A stretch of DNA of 25,526 nucleotides from Thermodesulfovibrionales bacterium (GTDB taxonomy: Bacteria; Nitrospirota; Thermodesulfovibrionia; Thermodesulfovibrionales; UBA6898). The notes beneath the pieces were generated by a model. It saw nothing but the letters and a program-made list of their open reading frames with translations. It was not told where the DNA came from and ran no database searches. Positions 16,572-25,526 of this stretch are shown piece by piece (within the stretch, counting starts at the first letter, position 1; every line of letters begins with the position of its first letter). The DNA is taken from the NCBI GenBank assembly GCA_044450345.1, contig JBIOIY010000045.1, positions 1 through 25,526 on the forward strand. Direction: 5' to 3'. A program made the translations under genes and the position numbers.

Positions 16572-17869
16572 TATGGAACGAGGAATTCGAAACCCTTCCG
16601 CGCGAGGCACTGGAGGCCCTTCAGTTAAAACGTCTGCAGCACCAGATCGAGCGGGTCTATGCCGCAGTCCCTTATTATCGCAACAAGATGACGGAGGCGG
16701 GGGTAAAGCCATCCGACATCAAGAACCTCAAGGACCTCCGCAAACTACCCTTCATGACAAAAGAAGACCTGAGGCTTAACTATCCCTTCGGCCTCTTCGC
16801 CGTGCCCTTCGAACGGGTGGTAAGGATCCACGCTTCCTCAGGCACCACCGGGAAACCGACGGTCGTTGGCTATACAAAGCGGGACATCGATTCATGGGCT
16901 GAACTGATGGCCAGGACACTATCCTGCGGCGGCGCCCATCAGGGCGACATCGTACACAACGCATACGGATACGGACTCTTCACGGGCGGTCTTGGCGCGC
17001 ACTACGGCGCCGAAAAACTAGGGGCCGCTGTTATCCCGATATCGGGCGGCAACTCTAAACGGCAGATAATGATCATGCAGGACTTCGGCTCGACGGTGCT
17101 CATGTGCACGCCTTCTTACGCCCTGAACCTTGCCGATGTGATGAAAGAAATGAATGTGGACCCCGCGTCTCTCAAGCTTCGTGTCGGACTCTTCGGCGCC
17201 GAACCGTGGAGTGAGAACATGCGCGAAGAGATACAGAAAAGGCTGAACCTTAAGGCCATCGACATTTTCGGCCTGAGCGAGGTCATGGGCCCGGGCGTTG
17301 CGAGCGAGTGCATAGAGGAACAACACGGCCTTCATATCTTCGAGGATTATTTCCTGCCCGAGATCGTCGACCCGAAGACCATGGAGCCGCTGCCTCCCGA
17401 CGAGCACGGAGAGCTTGTTTTTACCACACTAACAAAAGAGGCGTTCCCGGTCATCCGTTACCGCACAAAGGACATCAGCATGCTTATTGCCGACACCTGC
17501 TCCTGCGGCAGGACCTTCCACCGTATGGAGCGGATCACCGGCAGGACCGACGACATGCTGATCATCCGGGGCGTGAACGTCTTTCCGTCGCAGATCGAAC
17601 ATGTCCTGATGAGCATCGAGGGCGTTGAGCCTCATTACCAGATCATCGTGGGCCGGGAGGGGTCCCTCGACGTGGTAGAGGTGCAGGTCGAGGTGAGCGA
17701 GAACATCTTCTCCGACGAGGTGAAGGTGCTTGAGACGCTGGGCAAGAAGATAGAACGTGAGATCAAGGACCTCCTCGGGATCAGCTGCAAGGTCAAGCTT
17801 GTTGAGCCGAAGACGATCCAGAGGAGCGAAGGAAAGGCAAAGCGCGTTATTGATAACAGAAAGCTGTAA
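16568..17869 (+). CDS. paaK: Phenylacetate-CoA ligase family protein
   Basis: [73 protein letters not shown]. Confidence 0.93.
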   Translation: MIWNEEFETLPREALEALQLKRLQHQIERVYAAVPYYRNKMTEAGVKPSDIKNLKDLRKLPFMTKEDLRLNYPFGLFAVPFERVVRIHASSGTTGKPTVVGYTKRDIDSWAELMARTLSCGGAHQGDIVHNAYGYGLFTGGLGAHYGAEKLGAAVIPISGGNSKRQIMIMQDFGSTVLMCTPSYALNLADVMKEMNVDPASLKLRVGLFGAEPWSENMREEIQKRLNLKAIDIFGLSEVMGPGVASECIEEQHGLHIFEDYFLPEIVDPKTMEPLPPDEHGELVFTTLTKEAFPVIRYRTKDISMLIADTCSCGRTFHRMERITGRTDDMLIIRGVNVFPSQIEHVLMSIEGVEPHYQIIVGREGSLDVVEVQVEVSENIFSDEVKVLETLGKKIEREIKDLLGISCKVKLVEPKTIQRSEGKAKRVIDNRKL

Positions 17870-17870
17870 A

Positions 17871-18092
17871 AGCGATCAGCATTCAGCCGTCAGCAGGACA
17901 TAAATGAATAAGAATCTCATAACAGTCTGCACATTATTAGCGGTCATTCCCGCGAACGCGGGAATCCAAGGAATACGGACATGGATGCCCGACTAATAAC
18001 TTCGGGCATGACGAATAAACGGCATTTATGCACGGATTCTAATTTGTTTTTTTTGCTTAAGGCTGAAGGCTGATAGCTAAAAGCTGACGGCT
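17871..18092. repeat. Nested intergenic repeat: inverted heptamer arrays enclosing a GTCAT...ATGAC palindromic doublet
   Basis: (AGCNNTC)3 at 17871-17894 and complementary (GCTNANN)5 at 18055-18092; GTCATTCCCGCGAACGCGGGAATCCA (17943-17968) and TGGATGCCCGA...TCGGGCATGAC (17982-18012). Confidence 0.75.
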
Positions 18093-18105
18093 TAAAGGAG
18101 GTTTT

Positions 18106-18537
18106 ATGAAAGTCGAACAGATTTCGGTATTCCTCGAAAACAAGTCCGGCAGGCTCGCCGAGGTGGCGAGCGTACTTGCCGGTGCAGGGATCAATATCCG
18201 CGCGCTCTCCCTGGCAGATACGACTGATTTCGGCATACTCCGGCTTATCGTCAATGACACGGAAAAGGCAAAGCAGGTCCTCAAAGACAACGGCTTTACC
18301 GTGGGGAAGACCGAGGTGATCGCGGTTGAAGTGCCTGACAGGCCGGGTGGACTCGCCCATATCCTTAAGGTGATGACGGAAGAAGGCGTCAACGTCGAAT
18401 ACATGTACGCTTTTGTACAGAGGTCGGGCGGGAATGCGATCATTATCTTCCGTTTTGACGAACTGGAGAAGGCTATACATGCCTTACAGAAGGCCGGTGT
18501 GGTAATTTTGAAGGGTGAAGACGTATACGCCCTCTGA
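18106..18537 (+). CDS. Tandem ACT-domain protein
   Basis: [13 protein letters not shown]...[20 protein letters not shown]...VPDRPGGL...NVEYMYAF; typical neighbour of paaK/ior. Confidence 0.92.
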   Translation: MKVEQISVFLENKSGRLAEVASVLAGAGINIRALSLADTTDFGILRLIVNDTEKAKQVLKDNGFTVGKTEVIAVEVPDRPGGLAHILKVMTEEGVNVEYMYAFVQRSGGNAIIIFRFDELEKAIHALQKAGVVILKGEDVYAL

Positions 18538-18586
18538 TATTCATATCCATGTATTCCATGGAAAATAATACACAAAGGAGGAATCG

Positions 18587-19738
18587 ATGAGAAAAGGCAT
18601 CCTCTCAGTACTGGCAGTCCTAGTATCCGTCTTTCTGTTGTCCGGAACCACGTTCGCGAAAGAGCCGATCAAGATCGGCGCTCTCTTTTCGGTGACCGGG
18701 GCCGCGTCATTTCTTGGTGAACCCGAAAAAAATACGGCCATCATGCTCCAGGACCAGATTAATAAGTCCGGAGGTATAAACGGCAGCCCGCTGGAGATCA
18801 TCATCGAAGATACGAAGAGCGATGAATCCCAGGCCGTCCTCGCAGCCAAGAAGCTGCTGGACAGAGACAATGTGCTTGCGATCATAGGCCCCTCAACTAC
18901 CGGCGAATCCATGGCCCTCGTGCCGATCATGAACGGGGCGAAGACCCCTCTTATCTCCTGCGCTGCAGGCGCGGGCATCACCCACCCGGTCGAAGAAAGA
19001 TATTGGATATTCAAGACGCCCCAGTACGACACCAGCGCGGTCGAGGCTATTTATACTTATATGAAGAAGCACGGTATTTCCAAGATCGGCATCATCACTA
19101 TATCCACCGGTTTCGGCGACGCCGGGAAAAAGGCACTGCATGAGGTCGCCCCGAGATACGGGATGTCGATCGTCGCCGATGAAAAATACGGCCCCAAAGA
19201 TTCGGACATGACGACGCAGCTCACCAAGATCAAGGCATCCGGCGCACAGGCCGTCATCAACTGGTCGGTCGGCCCAGGGCAGGTGGTCGTCACGAAAAAC
19301 TGGCATGACCTGAAGATGGGCATTCCCCTTTACCAAAGCCATGGCTGGGGCAGCAAGAAAAACATTGAGCTCTCCGGTAAGGCGGCCGAAGGCGTCATCG
19401 CCCCGCTGGGAAGACTTGTAGTCTGGGAGAAGCTCTCCGACAAAGACCCCCAGAAAGCTATCCTGAAAAAATATACGCAGGACTATGAGGCCAGGTTCAA
19501 GAACGAACCCGGAACCTTCGGCGGACATGCCTATGACGCAATCATGATGCTCGCCGAAGCGATTAAGAAGGTTGGCCCTGATAAAAAGAAGATAAGAGAT
19601 TATATAGAGACGAATATCAAACATTTTCCGTGCACCGGCGGAGTCTTTACGATGTCCCCGAAAGAGCACTGCGGACTCGATAAGTCCGCCTTTGAAATGG
19701 TCGTCGTAAAAAACAGCGACTGGGAAATCTTAAAGTAG
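18587..19738 (+). CDS. livK: HAAT (Liv-type) ABC transporter substrate-binding protein
   Basis: Signal peptide, IKIGALFSVTG.ASFLG, INKSGGING, IIGP, AYDA. Confidence 0.88.
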   Translation: MRKGILSVLAVLVSVFLLSGTTFAKEPIKIGALFSVTGAASFLGEPEKNTAIMLQDQINKSGGINGSPLEIIIEDTKSDESQAVLAAKKLLDRDNVLAIIGPSTTGESMALVPIMNGAKTPLISCAAGAGITHPVEERYWIFKTPQYDTSAVEAIYTYMKKHGISKIGIITISTGFGDAGKKALHEVAPRYGMSIVADEKYGPKDSDMTTQLTKIKASGAQAVINWSVGPGQVVVTKNWHDLKMGIPLYQSHGWGSKKNIELSGKAAEGVIAPLGRLVVWEKLSDKDPQKAILKKYTQDYEARFKNEPGTFGGHAYDAIMMLAEAIKKVGPDKKKIRDYIETNIKHFPCTGGVFTMSPKEHCGLDKSAFEMVVVKNSDWEILK

Positions 19739-19744
19739 GAGTCC

Positions 19745-19777
19745 GGAAAGAGGGGAGGCTTCCTCCCCCCTCTTCTT
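19745..19777 (+). other. Imperfect hairpin after the binding-protein gene (stabiliser or partial terminator)
   Basis: AAGAGGGGAGG...CCTCCCCCCTCTT inverted repeat. Confidence 0.5.
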
Positions 19778-19791
19778 CTGAGATACATAAC

Positions 19792-20679
19792 TTGTTTACG
19801 GTCTTTTTACAGTTCCTTTTCTCAGGCCTCACGATAGGGGCGGTCTATGCCCTTGTGGGCGTGGGGTTCAATATCATATATAACGCCACGTCGATCATCA
19901 ACCTTGCGCAGGGAGAATTCGTAGTGATCGGCGGGCTCATGATGTGGTTTTTTTCAGAATCGCTCAAACTGCCCTTTCTCCTTTCCGTCGTCTTCACACT
20001 CATCAGCGCCGGCCTTGTCGGACTACTGATGGAAAGGTTAACGATACGGCCCCTCAGGAACGCAGACCTTCTTCTTATGATCATGGTCACGATCGCAGTT
20101 TCCATCCTCTTGCGGGGGATCCTGATGTTCAAGTTCGGCAAAGACCCCTATAACTACCCCCCATTCACCTCAGGAGAGCCCATTGCCGTGTATGGGGCAA
20201 TCATCCAGCAGCAGACACTCTGGGTAATCGGCATAACGGGCCTGTGCATCGCATTCCTGTTTGCCTTCTTCAATATGACGATCGTCGGGAAGGCAATCCG
20301 GGCCTGCGCAGTTGATCCGGATGCGGCCAAACTCGTCGGGATCAACGTGTCACGCATGGTCATGATCTCCTTTGTCCTGAGCGCGATGGTGGGCGCTCTC
20401 GGGGGAATTGCCATAACCCCTATTTCACTGATGGAATATGACAAGGGACCGATGCTTGCGGTAAAAGGTTTCTGTGCGGCGATAATGGGCGGACTCGGAA
20501 AGAACAGGGGAGCGGTAATCGGCGGCTTCCTTATCGGCATCCTCGAATCCATGACCGCCGGGTATATCCATTCGGGCCTCAAGGATGCGGTCGCACTCGT
20601 CATCCTTTTAGCGATACTCTTTTTCAGGCCCGCCGGCATCTTCGGCAGCAAAGCGATGATACAGATGAGAAGATTTTAG
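19792..20679 (+). CDS. livH: HAAT ABC transporter permease LivH
   Basis: GLTIGAVYALVGVGF, INLAQGE, GKAIRA, GGLG; TTG start uncertain. Confidence 0.9.
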   Translation: MFTVFLQFLFSGLTIGAVYALVGVGFNIIYNATSIINLAQGEFVVIGGLMMWFFSESLKLPFLLSVVFTLISAGLVGLLMERLTIRPLRNADLLLMIMVTIAVSILLRGILMFKFGKDPYNYPPFTSGEPIAVYGAIIQQQTLWVIGITGLCIAFLFAFFNMTIVGKAIRACAVDPDAAKLVGINVSRMVMISFVLSAMVGALGGIAITPISLMEYDKGPMLAVKGFCAAIMGGLGKNRGAVIGGFLIGILESMTAGYIHSGLKDAVALVILLAILFFRPAGIFGSKAMIQMRRF

Positions 20680-20680
20680 C

Positions 20681-21631
20681 ATGGGCAGGGGAAATGTGTT
20701 CACCTTTTCGGTCTTTATACTCCTGATCGGCATCCTGCCGCTGCTGTCGGGCGGGTCCTATGTGATGACGGTGGGCATATTCTCGGGGATCAACGCCCTG
20801 GTGGCGATAGGTCTCTGTGTGCTCATGGGATATGCGGGCCAGGTCTCCCTGGGACAGGCCGGCTTCTATGGCATCGGCGCCTATGTTTCTGCCGTCGTGA
20901 GCGTGAAGCTCGGGGCCCCGGTTCCGGTAAGCATTGCTGCAGCGGCGGTCATAGCAGCCCTGGCAGCGCTCATCCTGTCGGTGCCGGCACTGAAATTAAA
21001 GGGGCATTATCTCGCCGTCGCCACCCTCGGCTTCGGTGAGATAATCAATGTCATCCTGAACGAATGGGGCCCCGGGGGGCCGTCAGGGTTCGGGGACATC
21101 CCCCACTTCGGTCTTTTCGGATACACGTTTATTTCCCCTCAGAGTTACTTTTATCTTATCTGGGGGTTTGTGGCCGCAGCCATGCTCTTCTGTCTGAATT
21201 TGATGAATTCCGGGACCGGCAGGGCGCTGAAAGCGATCCACGGGAGCGAACTGGCAAGTAACGCGATGGGGCTCGACGTCGCGATGATAAAGGTGAAGGT
21301 TTTCGTGCTCAGTGCGGTCTGCGCTTCTTTGGCAGGAGGTCTCTATGCCCATTATGTCACCTTCATCAGCCCATCGAGCTTTTCTCTTTTCTACTCTATT
21401 CTCGTGCTGATGATGGTCGTCGTCGGAGGGATTACAAACCTCTGGGGTGCGGTAGTAGGTTCCGTGGTCATTACGATCCTTCCTGAACTTCTGCGGAAAT
21501 TCGAGGAATTCGACGTGCTTGTCTACGGACTGATCCTTACCTTGTCGCTGCTCTTTTTCAGAAGGGGGCTCGTTCCCCTCCTGATCGATCAATTGAAAAA
21601 GGTGAAAGAGTCTGATGCTGTTGGAAGTTAG
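20681..21631 (+). CDS. livM: HAAT ABC transporter permease LivM
   Basis: GYAGQVSLGQAGFYGIGAY, LKGHYLAVATLGFGE, MVVVGG. Confidence 0.92.
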   Translation: MGRGNVFTFSVFILLIGILPLLSGGSYVMTVGIFSGINALVAIGLCVLMGYAGQVSLGQAGFYGIGAYVSAVVSVKLGAPVPVSIAAAAVIAALAALILSVPALKLKGHYLAVATLGFGEIINVILNEWGPGGPSGFGDIPHFGLFGYTFISPQSYFYLIWGFVAAAMLFCLNLMNSGTGRALKAIHGSELASNAMGLDVAMIKVKVFVLSAVCASLAGGLYAHYVTFISPSSFSLFYSILVLMMVVVGGITNLWGAVVGSVVITILPELLRKFEEFDVLVYGLILTLSLLFFRRGLVPLLIDQLKKVKESDAVGS

Positions 21632-22397
21632 CGGCATAGGAAAGAGCTTCGGCGGACTTACCGCACTTAAAGACATCACCTTCAGCGCGGAGGAGGGGCG
21701 GATTTGTGCCCTCATAGGGCCAAATGGCGCAGGAAAAACGACGCTTCTCAATATCATAAGCGGGATCCATGCGCCGGACAGCGGTGAAGTCCGTTTCTCG
21801 GGAGAGGCTGTCAGCGGTCTTTCTCCGGACAGAATTGCGAGGAAAGGCATCTCCAGGACCTTTCAGCATGTGGAGCTATTCGACGGGATGACCGTCGTCG
21901 AAAACGTCATGGTGGGAAGATACCCGAAAACATGTTCGGGGTTTTTTTCCTCGGGGTTGAAACTCCCCGGTGGTGTCAGGGAAGAGCGGGAAACGAAAAA
22001 AAGGAGCGAAGAAATACTGGAATATGTGGGTCTCAGTCATAGGATGGACGAGCATGCGGCGAACCTTCCCATAGGGGAACAACGCATACTGGAAATCGGG
22101 AGAGCACTAGCCACCGAGCCGAAGCTCCTGCTTCTAGATGAGCCCGCGGCCGGTCTCAACATAAAAGAGACCCGAAATCTCGGCCTGCTGATCAAGAGGA
22201 TACGTGACGAGCGCGGGATAACCGTTGTGCTCGTCGAGCACGACATGGACCTCATCATGGGCATAAGCGACAGGATCACGGTCATAAATTTCGGAGAGGT
22301 GATAGCTGAGGGGACGCCTCTGGAAATCCAGAAAAACACAGAGGTCATCGCCGCATATCTGGGCTTTGAGGAAGGGGTCCCGAATGCTCATCCTTAA
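21615..22397 (+). CDS. livG: HAAT ABC transporter ATP-binding protein LivG
   Basis: FGGL, GPNGAGKTT, RTFQ, LLLDEPAAG, VEHDM, VIAAYLG. Confidence 0.92.
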   Translation: MLLEVSGIGKSFGGLTALKDITFSAEEGRICALIGPNGAGKTTLLNIISGIHAPDSGEVRFSGEAVSGLSPDRIARKGISRTFQHVELFDGMTVVENVMVGRYPKTCSGFFSSGLKLPGGVREERETKKRSEEILEYVGLSHRMDEHAANLPIGEQRILEIGRALATEPKLLLLDEPAAGLNIKETRNLGLLIKRIRDERGITVVLVEHDMDLIMGISDRITVINFGEVIAEGTPLEIQKNTEVIAAYLGFEEGVPNAHP

Positions 22398-23124
22398 AAA
22401 CGTCGATGTCTATTACGGCAAGATCCATGCGGTAAAAAGGGTCTCTCTCCACATAAAGCAGGGAGAGATAGTCGCCCTTATCGGAGCAAACGGGGCGGGC
22501 AAGACCACGCTCCTTTCCACTATTTCCGGGCTGATAAGGGCCGGGGGTGGGAGCATCGTTTACCGCGGGGACGACCTATCGAAAAAAGCCCCTGACCGGA
22601 TCGTCCGGATGGGCATTTCCCACGTCCCCGAAGGAAGGCTTGTCTTTAAGCCTATGACCGTAGAGGACAATCTTCTACTGGGGGCATATCATCGATATTC
22701 ATTAAAGAACAGCCGCGGCATTCGTAGCGACATTGAAAAGATCTATTCGATTTTTCCTGTCCTTCAAAAAAGGAGGAAGCAGCTCGCGGGAACACTCTCC
22801 GGGGGGGAGCAGCAGATGCTCGCCCTAGGGCGCGCACTCATGGCGAAACCGAAGCTTCTCCTTCTGGATGAGCCCAGCATGGGCCTCGCACCTTTTATCA
22901 TCAAGGAGATATTCAGATATATCGTGACACTGAAAGACGAGCTTGGGCTGACCGTCCTCCTCGTAGAGCAGAACGCCAGAAGCGCCCTGAAAATATCCGA
23001 CAGCGGATACGTGCTCGAAACCGGAAGGGTGGTGTTGCAGGGGGCCGCAGAAGACCTCTTCTCAAACAGAGATGTCCAGCGGGCATATCTCGGACGGGAC
23101 CTTGACACAGAGACGCCATTGTAA
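22384..23124 (+). CDS. livF: HAAT ABC transporter ATP-binding protein LivF
   Basis: GANGAGKTT, VPEGR, LSGGEQQM, LDEPSMGLAP, VEQN. Confidence 0.92.
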   Translation: MLILKNVDVYYGKIHAVKRVSLHIKQGEIVALIGANGAGKTTLLSTISGLIRAGGGSIVYRGDDLSKKAPDRIVRMGISHVPEGRLVFKPMTVEDNLLLGAYHRYSLKNSRGIRSDIEKIYSIFPVLQKRRKQLAGTLSGGEQQMLALGRALMAKPKLLLLDEPSMGLAPFIIKEIFRYIVTLKDELGLTVLLVEQNARSALKISDSGYVLETGRVVLQGAAEDLFSNRDVQRAYLGRDLDTETPL

Positions 23125-23129
23125 AACAA

Positions 23130-23159
23130 TGTAGGGGCAATTCATGAATTGCCCTTACA
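23130..23159. repeat. GTAG-type REP-like palindrome
   Basis: TGTAGGGGCAATTCATGAATTGCCCTTACA, near-perfect inverted repeat. Confidence 0.75.
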
Positions 23160-23182
23160 ATTATTTTGACGGGAGGTTTGTT

Positions 23183-24481
23183 ATGTACTGGGAACCTGAA
23201 AACGAGACGATGGGCAGAGAAGAACTCGAACAGCTCCAGCTCGAGAGGCTGCAGTCGACGCTGTCGCGTGTGTACATGAACGTCCCTTTTTACAGAAGAA
23301 AGTTCGACGAGGCCGGGATCGACCCCGACGATTTCCGCTCTCTCGGCGATATGAGGAAACTCCCCTTCACAACAAAAAACGACCTCAGGGACAGCTACCC
23401 CTACGGCCTGTTCGCCGTGCCTCTGCGGGAGGTGGTGAGGATCCATGCCTCATCCGGTACAACCGGGATGTCGACGGTCGTCGGGTACACAAAAAACGAT
23501 CTTAAGACCTGGTCAAACCTCGTTGCGCGGGTGCTTACTGCCGGCGGTATTACCAAGGACGACGTGGTCCAGATAGCCTTCGGATACGGCCTCTTCACAG
23601 GGGGGTTCGGGCTCCATTACGGCGCCGAAAGGGTCGGGGCCTCCGTCATACCGATATCGAGCGGTAACACCGCCAGACAGGTGAAGATCATGCAGGATTT
23701 CAAGACCACGGCGCTCATCTGCACCCCCAGTTACGCGCTCCTGATCGCCGATACGATCAAGGAGATGGGGATCAATGTCAACTCCCTTTCTCTGAGATAC
23801 GGCCTCTTCGGTGCCGAACCGTGGTCAGAGGGGATGAGGCAGGAGATACAGGGAAAACTCAAGATCGTCGCGACCGACAACTACGGTCTGAGCGAGGTCA
23901 TGGGACCTGGGGTCGCCGGAGAATGTCTCGAAAGAAACGGCCTTCATATAAACGAAGACCACTTTCTTGTGGAGGTCGTGGACCCCAAGACGCTGGAACC
24001 TGTCACCCCGGGAGAGACCGGCGAGTTGGTCGTCACCACGCTCACAAAAGAGGCGTTCCCGGTCATCCGGTTCAGGACAAGAGACCTGACGCACCTGATA
24101 CCCTCACCGTGTCCCTGCGGCAGGAAGTTCATGAAGATGAACCGGGTCATGGGCAGGACCGACGATATGCTCATCATAAAAGGGGTAAACGTATTCCCGT
24201 CGCAGATCGAATCCGTCCTGTTCGATATAGAGGGCACCGAGCCGCACTATCAGATAATCGTCGAAAGGAAAGGCGCGCTCGACGACGTCACCGTGAAGGT
24301 CGAGGTGTCAGAATCGATATTCTTCGATGAGATGAAAAAACAGAATGAATTGATGGATACCATCAAGCGGAGGCTTGCGTCGGAACTCGGCATCGGGGTG
24401 GATGTAAAACTCGTAGAGAAAAAGAGTATCGAACGGAGCGAGGGGAAGGCCATAAGAGTCATAGACCTGAGGAAGATTTAG
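23183..24481 (+). CDS. paaK: Phenylacetate-CoA ligase family protein (second paralog)
   Basis: Same motifs as 16568-17869 ([28 protein letters not shown]); GGGAGG SD before ATG 23183. Confidence 0.93.
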   Translation: MYWEPENETMGREELEQLQLERLQSTLSRVYMNVPFYRRKFDEAGIDPDDFRSLGDMRKLPFTTKNDLRDSYPYGLFAVPLREVVRIHASSGTTGMSTVVGYTKNDLKTWSNLVARVLTAGGITKDDVVQIAFGYGLFTGGFGLHYGAERVGASVIPISSGNTARQVKIMQDFKTTALICTPSYALLIADTIKEMGINVNSLSLRYGLFGAEPWSEGMRQEIQGKLKIVATDNYGLSEVMGPGVAGECLERNGLHINEDHFLVEVVDPKTLEPVTPGETGELVVTTLTKEAFPVIRFRTRDLTHLIPSPCPCGRKFMKMNRVMGRTDDMLIIKGVNVFPSQIESVLFDIEGTEPHYQIIVERKGALDDVTVKVEVSESIFFDEMKKQNELMDTIKRRLASELGIGVDVKLVEKKSIERSEGKAIRVIDLRKI

Positions 24482-24545
24482 GACGGCTCCGAGATCTGGG
24501 GCGAGATGATGTGGAAGGCTATGGGAGATAGGGTCTGCACTGCCT

Positions 24546-24571
24546 GGTAGTGTCCTAATTAGGACACTACC
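24546..24571. repeat. Perfect 26-bp palindrome
   Basis: GGTAGTGTCCTAATTAGGACACTACC equals its own reverse complement. Confidence 0.85.
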
Positions 24572-24645
24572 CATTGCTTTCGCACATCATAAATTGGATA
24601 GATTGTTATATACTGTCTATATCCGGTCGAAGGGAGGTAAACAAC

Positions 24646-24858
24646 ATGTTTAGAGGACTATTCCAACCGATGCATTTGATAATTATACTGGCGATTGTGC
24701 TGGTAATATTTGGCCCGGGCAAACTCCCGGAAATCGGTGCGAGTCTTGGTAAGGGAATAAAAGAACTTAAGAAGGCTCTTTCTCATGATCAGGAGGACCC
24801 GCCCGCAGAAGCGAAGAAAGAAATTACCTCGGAAGACACACCAGAAAAGAAGGCGTAG
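24646..24858 (+). CDS. tatA: Twin-arginine translocase TatA/TatE subunit
   Basis: [43 protein letters not shown]. Confidence 0.93.
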   Translation: MFRGLFQPMHLIIILAIVLVIFGPGKLPEIGASLGKGIKELKKALSHDQEDPPAEAKKEITSEDTPEKKA

Positions 24859-24987
24859 TAAAATTACCCGCATAATTCTCCTCAGGTGACGGGCTCTTAC
24901 CGGCAATGAGCGGCAACACCACCGCAGGCGGCCGGGACTCGCCGCTAATGTCCTTCCTTGGTTCCATTCCCGGAGCGGCACAAAACT

Positions 24988-25019
24988 AAAAAAAAAGGGG
25001 GACTTGAAGTCCCCCTTTT
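24988..25019. terminator. Bidirectional intrinsic terminator between tatA and the cytochrome gene
   Basis: A9-GGGGGACTT-G-AAGTCCCCC-T4. Confidence 0.85.
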
Positions 25020-25045
25020 GGGTCTGAATTACCGCACAGGCGGTG

Positions 25046-25525
25046 TCAGGACATAAGGAACCTCGCCACCTTCGAAGGCAGGGCATTCATATCCATCCTC
25101 GCAAAGAGGAGGGGCTGAAACTGCCCGGAAGGAGGCGCCGCCTGACCTAAGATCGAATTTGAACCTCCGACACCGGCAAGCGCCGTGGCAATAGCCTGAA
25201 TCTGTGCCGAAGTCAGGCTACTCAAGCCGGACATCTGGCTTACGCCGCCGTGGATCGCCGAGCTAATTTGAGATGCCGAGGAACCTCCAACTTGAGAGCT
25301 GGCAAGCGCACCATGACAACCCGCACAGTAAGTGCCATAAAGAGCAGCCCCGTTAGTTGACGGAGGAGGTGTAGGTGTTGGGGTCGGTGTCGTTCCTGCC
25401 AACGCACTTGCGATCGCTGATATCTGAGCCGATGTCAGGCTAATGCCATTCATCTGGCCTACACTATTAAGAGCATTTGTGATCTGCGCCGCAGTCCGTC
25501 CCTTCTTCGAAGACGATGCAAGCGA
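25046..25525 (-). CDS. c-type cytochrome with repeated small monoheme domains (5'-truncated by the window edge)
   Basis: GAALYGTYCAGCHG...QM..L...LTSAQIQAIATAL. The preceding partial repeat (SLASSSKKGRTAAQITNAL...QMNGISLTSAQISAIASAL) is in frame to the window end; PT-rich linker. Confidence 0.85.
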   Translation of the reverse strand, partial: SLASSSKKGRTAAQITNALNSVGQMNGISLTSAQISAIASALAGTTPTPTPTPPPSTNGAALYGTYCAGCHGALASSQVGGSSASQISSAIHGGVSQMSGLSSLTSAQIQAIATALAGVGGSNSILGQAAPPSGQFQPLLFARMDMNALPSKVARFLMS

Positions 25526-25526
25526 C

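Noticed and set aside
14138..24574. Numerous antisense and alternate-frame ORFs over ior/paa/liv genes
   Set aside because: They are shadow ORFs of well-supported, GC3-biased genes, with no independent motifs.
24862..24890. Hammerhead ribozyme (CTGAGGA plus stem on the minus strand) or HDV-like ribozyme
   Set aside because: No GAAA follows the stem, and the HDV P1/P1.1/P2 topology could not be built.
1..25526. CRISPR array, tRNA/rRNA, integrase, transposase or defence genes
   Set aside because: I saw no regularly spaced direct repeats, cloverleaf structures or matching protein motifs.

Overview
Bacterial window whose gene content and repeat types suggest an anaerobic Gram-negative lineage such as Nitrospirota or Desulfobacterota (inference only). 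It has three parts. (1) 1-9,980 is an accessory metal-uptake region. It starts with the 5' end of a minus-strand group II intron. A plus-strand unit follows (HMA2-domain protein, OprB/MnoP-like porin, truncated NRAMP-related transporter), in which the first two genes are each preceded by a homologous ~33-codon leader ORF that folds back on its own ribosome-binding site. Converging on it is a minus-strand operon (His/CxxC/RAPP leader protein, His-tailed outer-membrane protein, Zn/Mn-type ABC transporter, lipoprotein). The part ends with a beta-barrel remnant, a candidate two-hairpin sRNA, two small enzyme-like genes and REP-like palindromes. (2) 10,014-24,481 looks like core genome: beta-CASP MBL ribonuclease, alginate-export-family porin, amidohydrolase, iorAB, paaK, ACT protein, Liv-type ABC transporter and a second paaK, consistent with aryl-acid uptake and salvage. 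(3) tatA and the 3' part of a repeat-type c-cytochrome. The most novel-looking signals are the duplicated MDxGP...ACSLxT leader ORFs, the AUCCCC-loop sRNA candidate and the RAPP leader ahead of a Zn/Mn-type uptake operon. All product calls come from motif recognition, not database searches.
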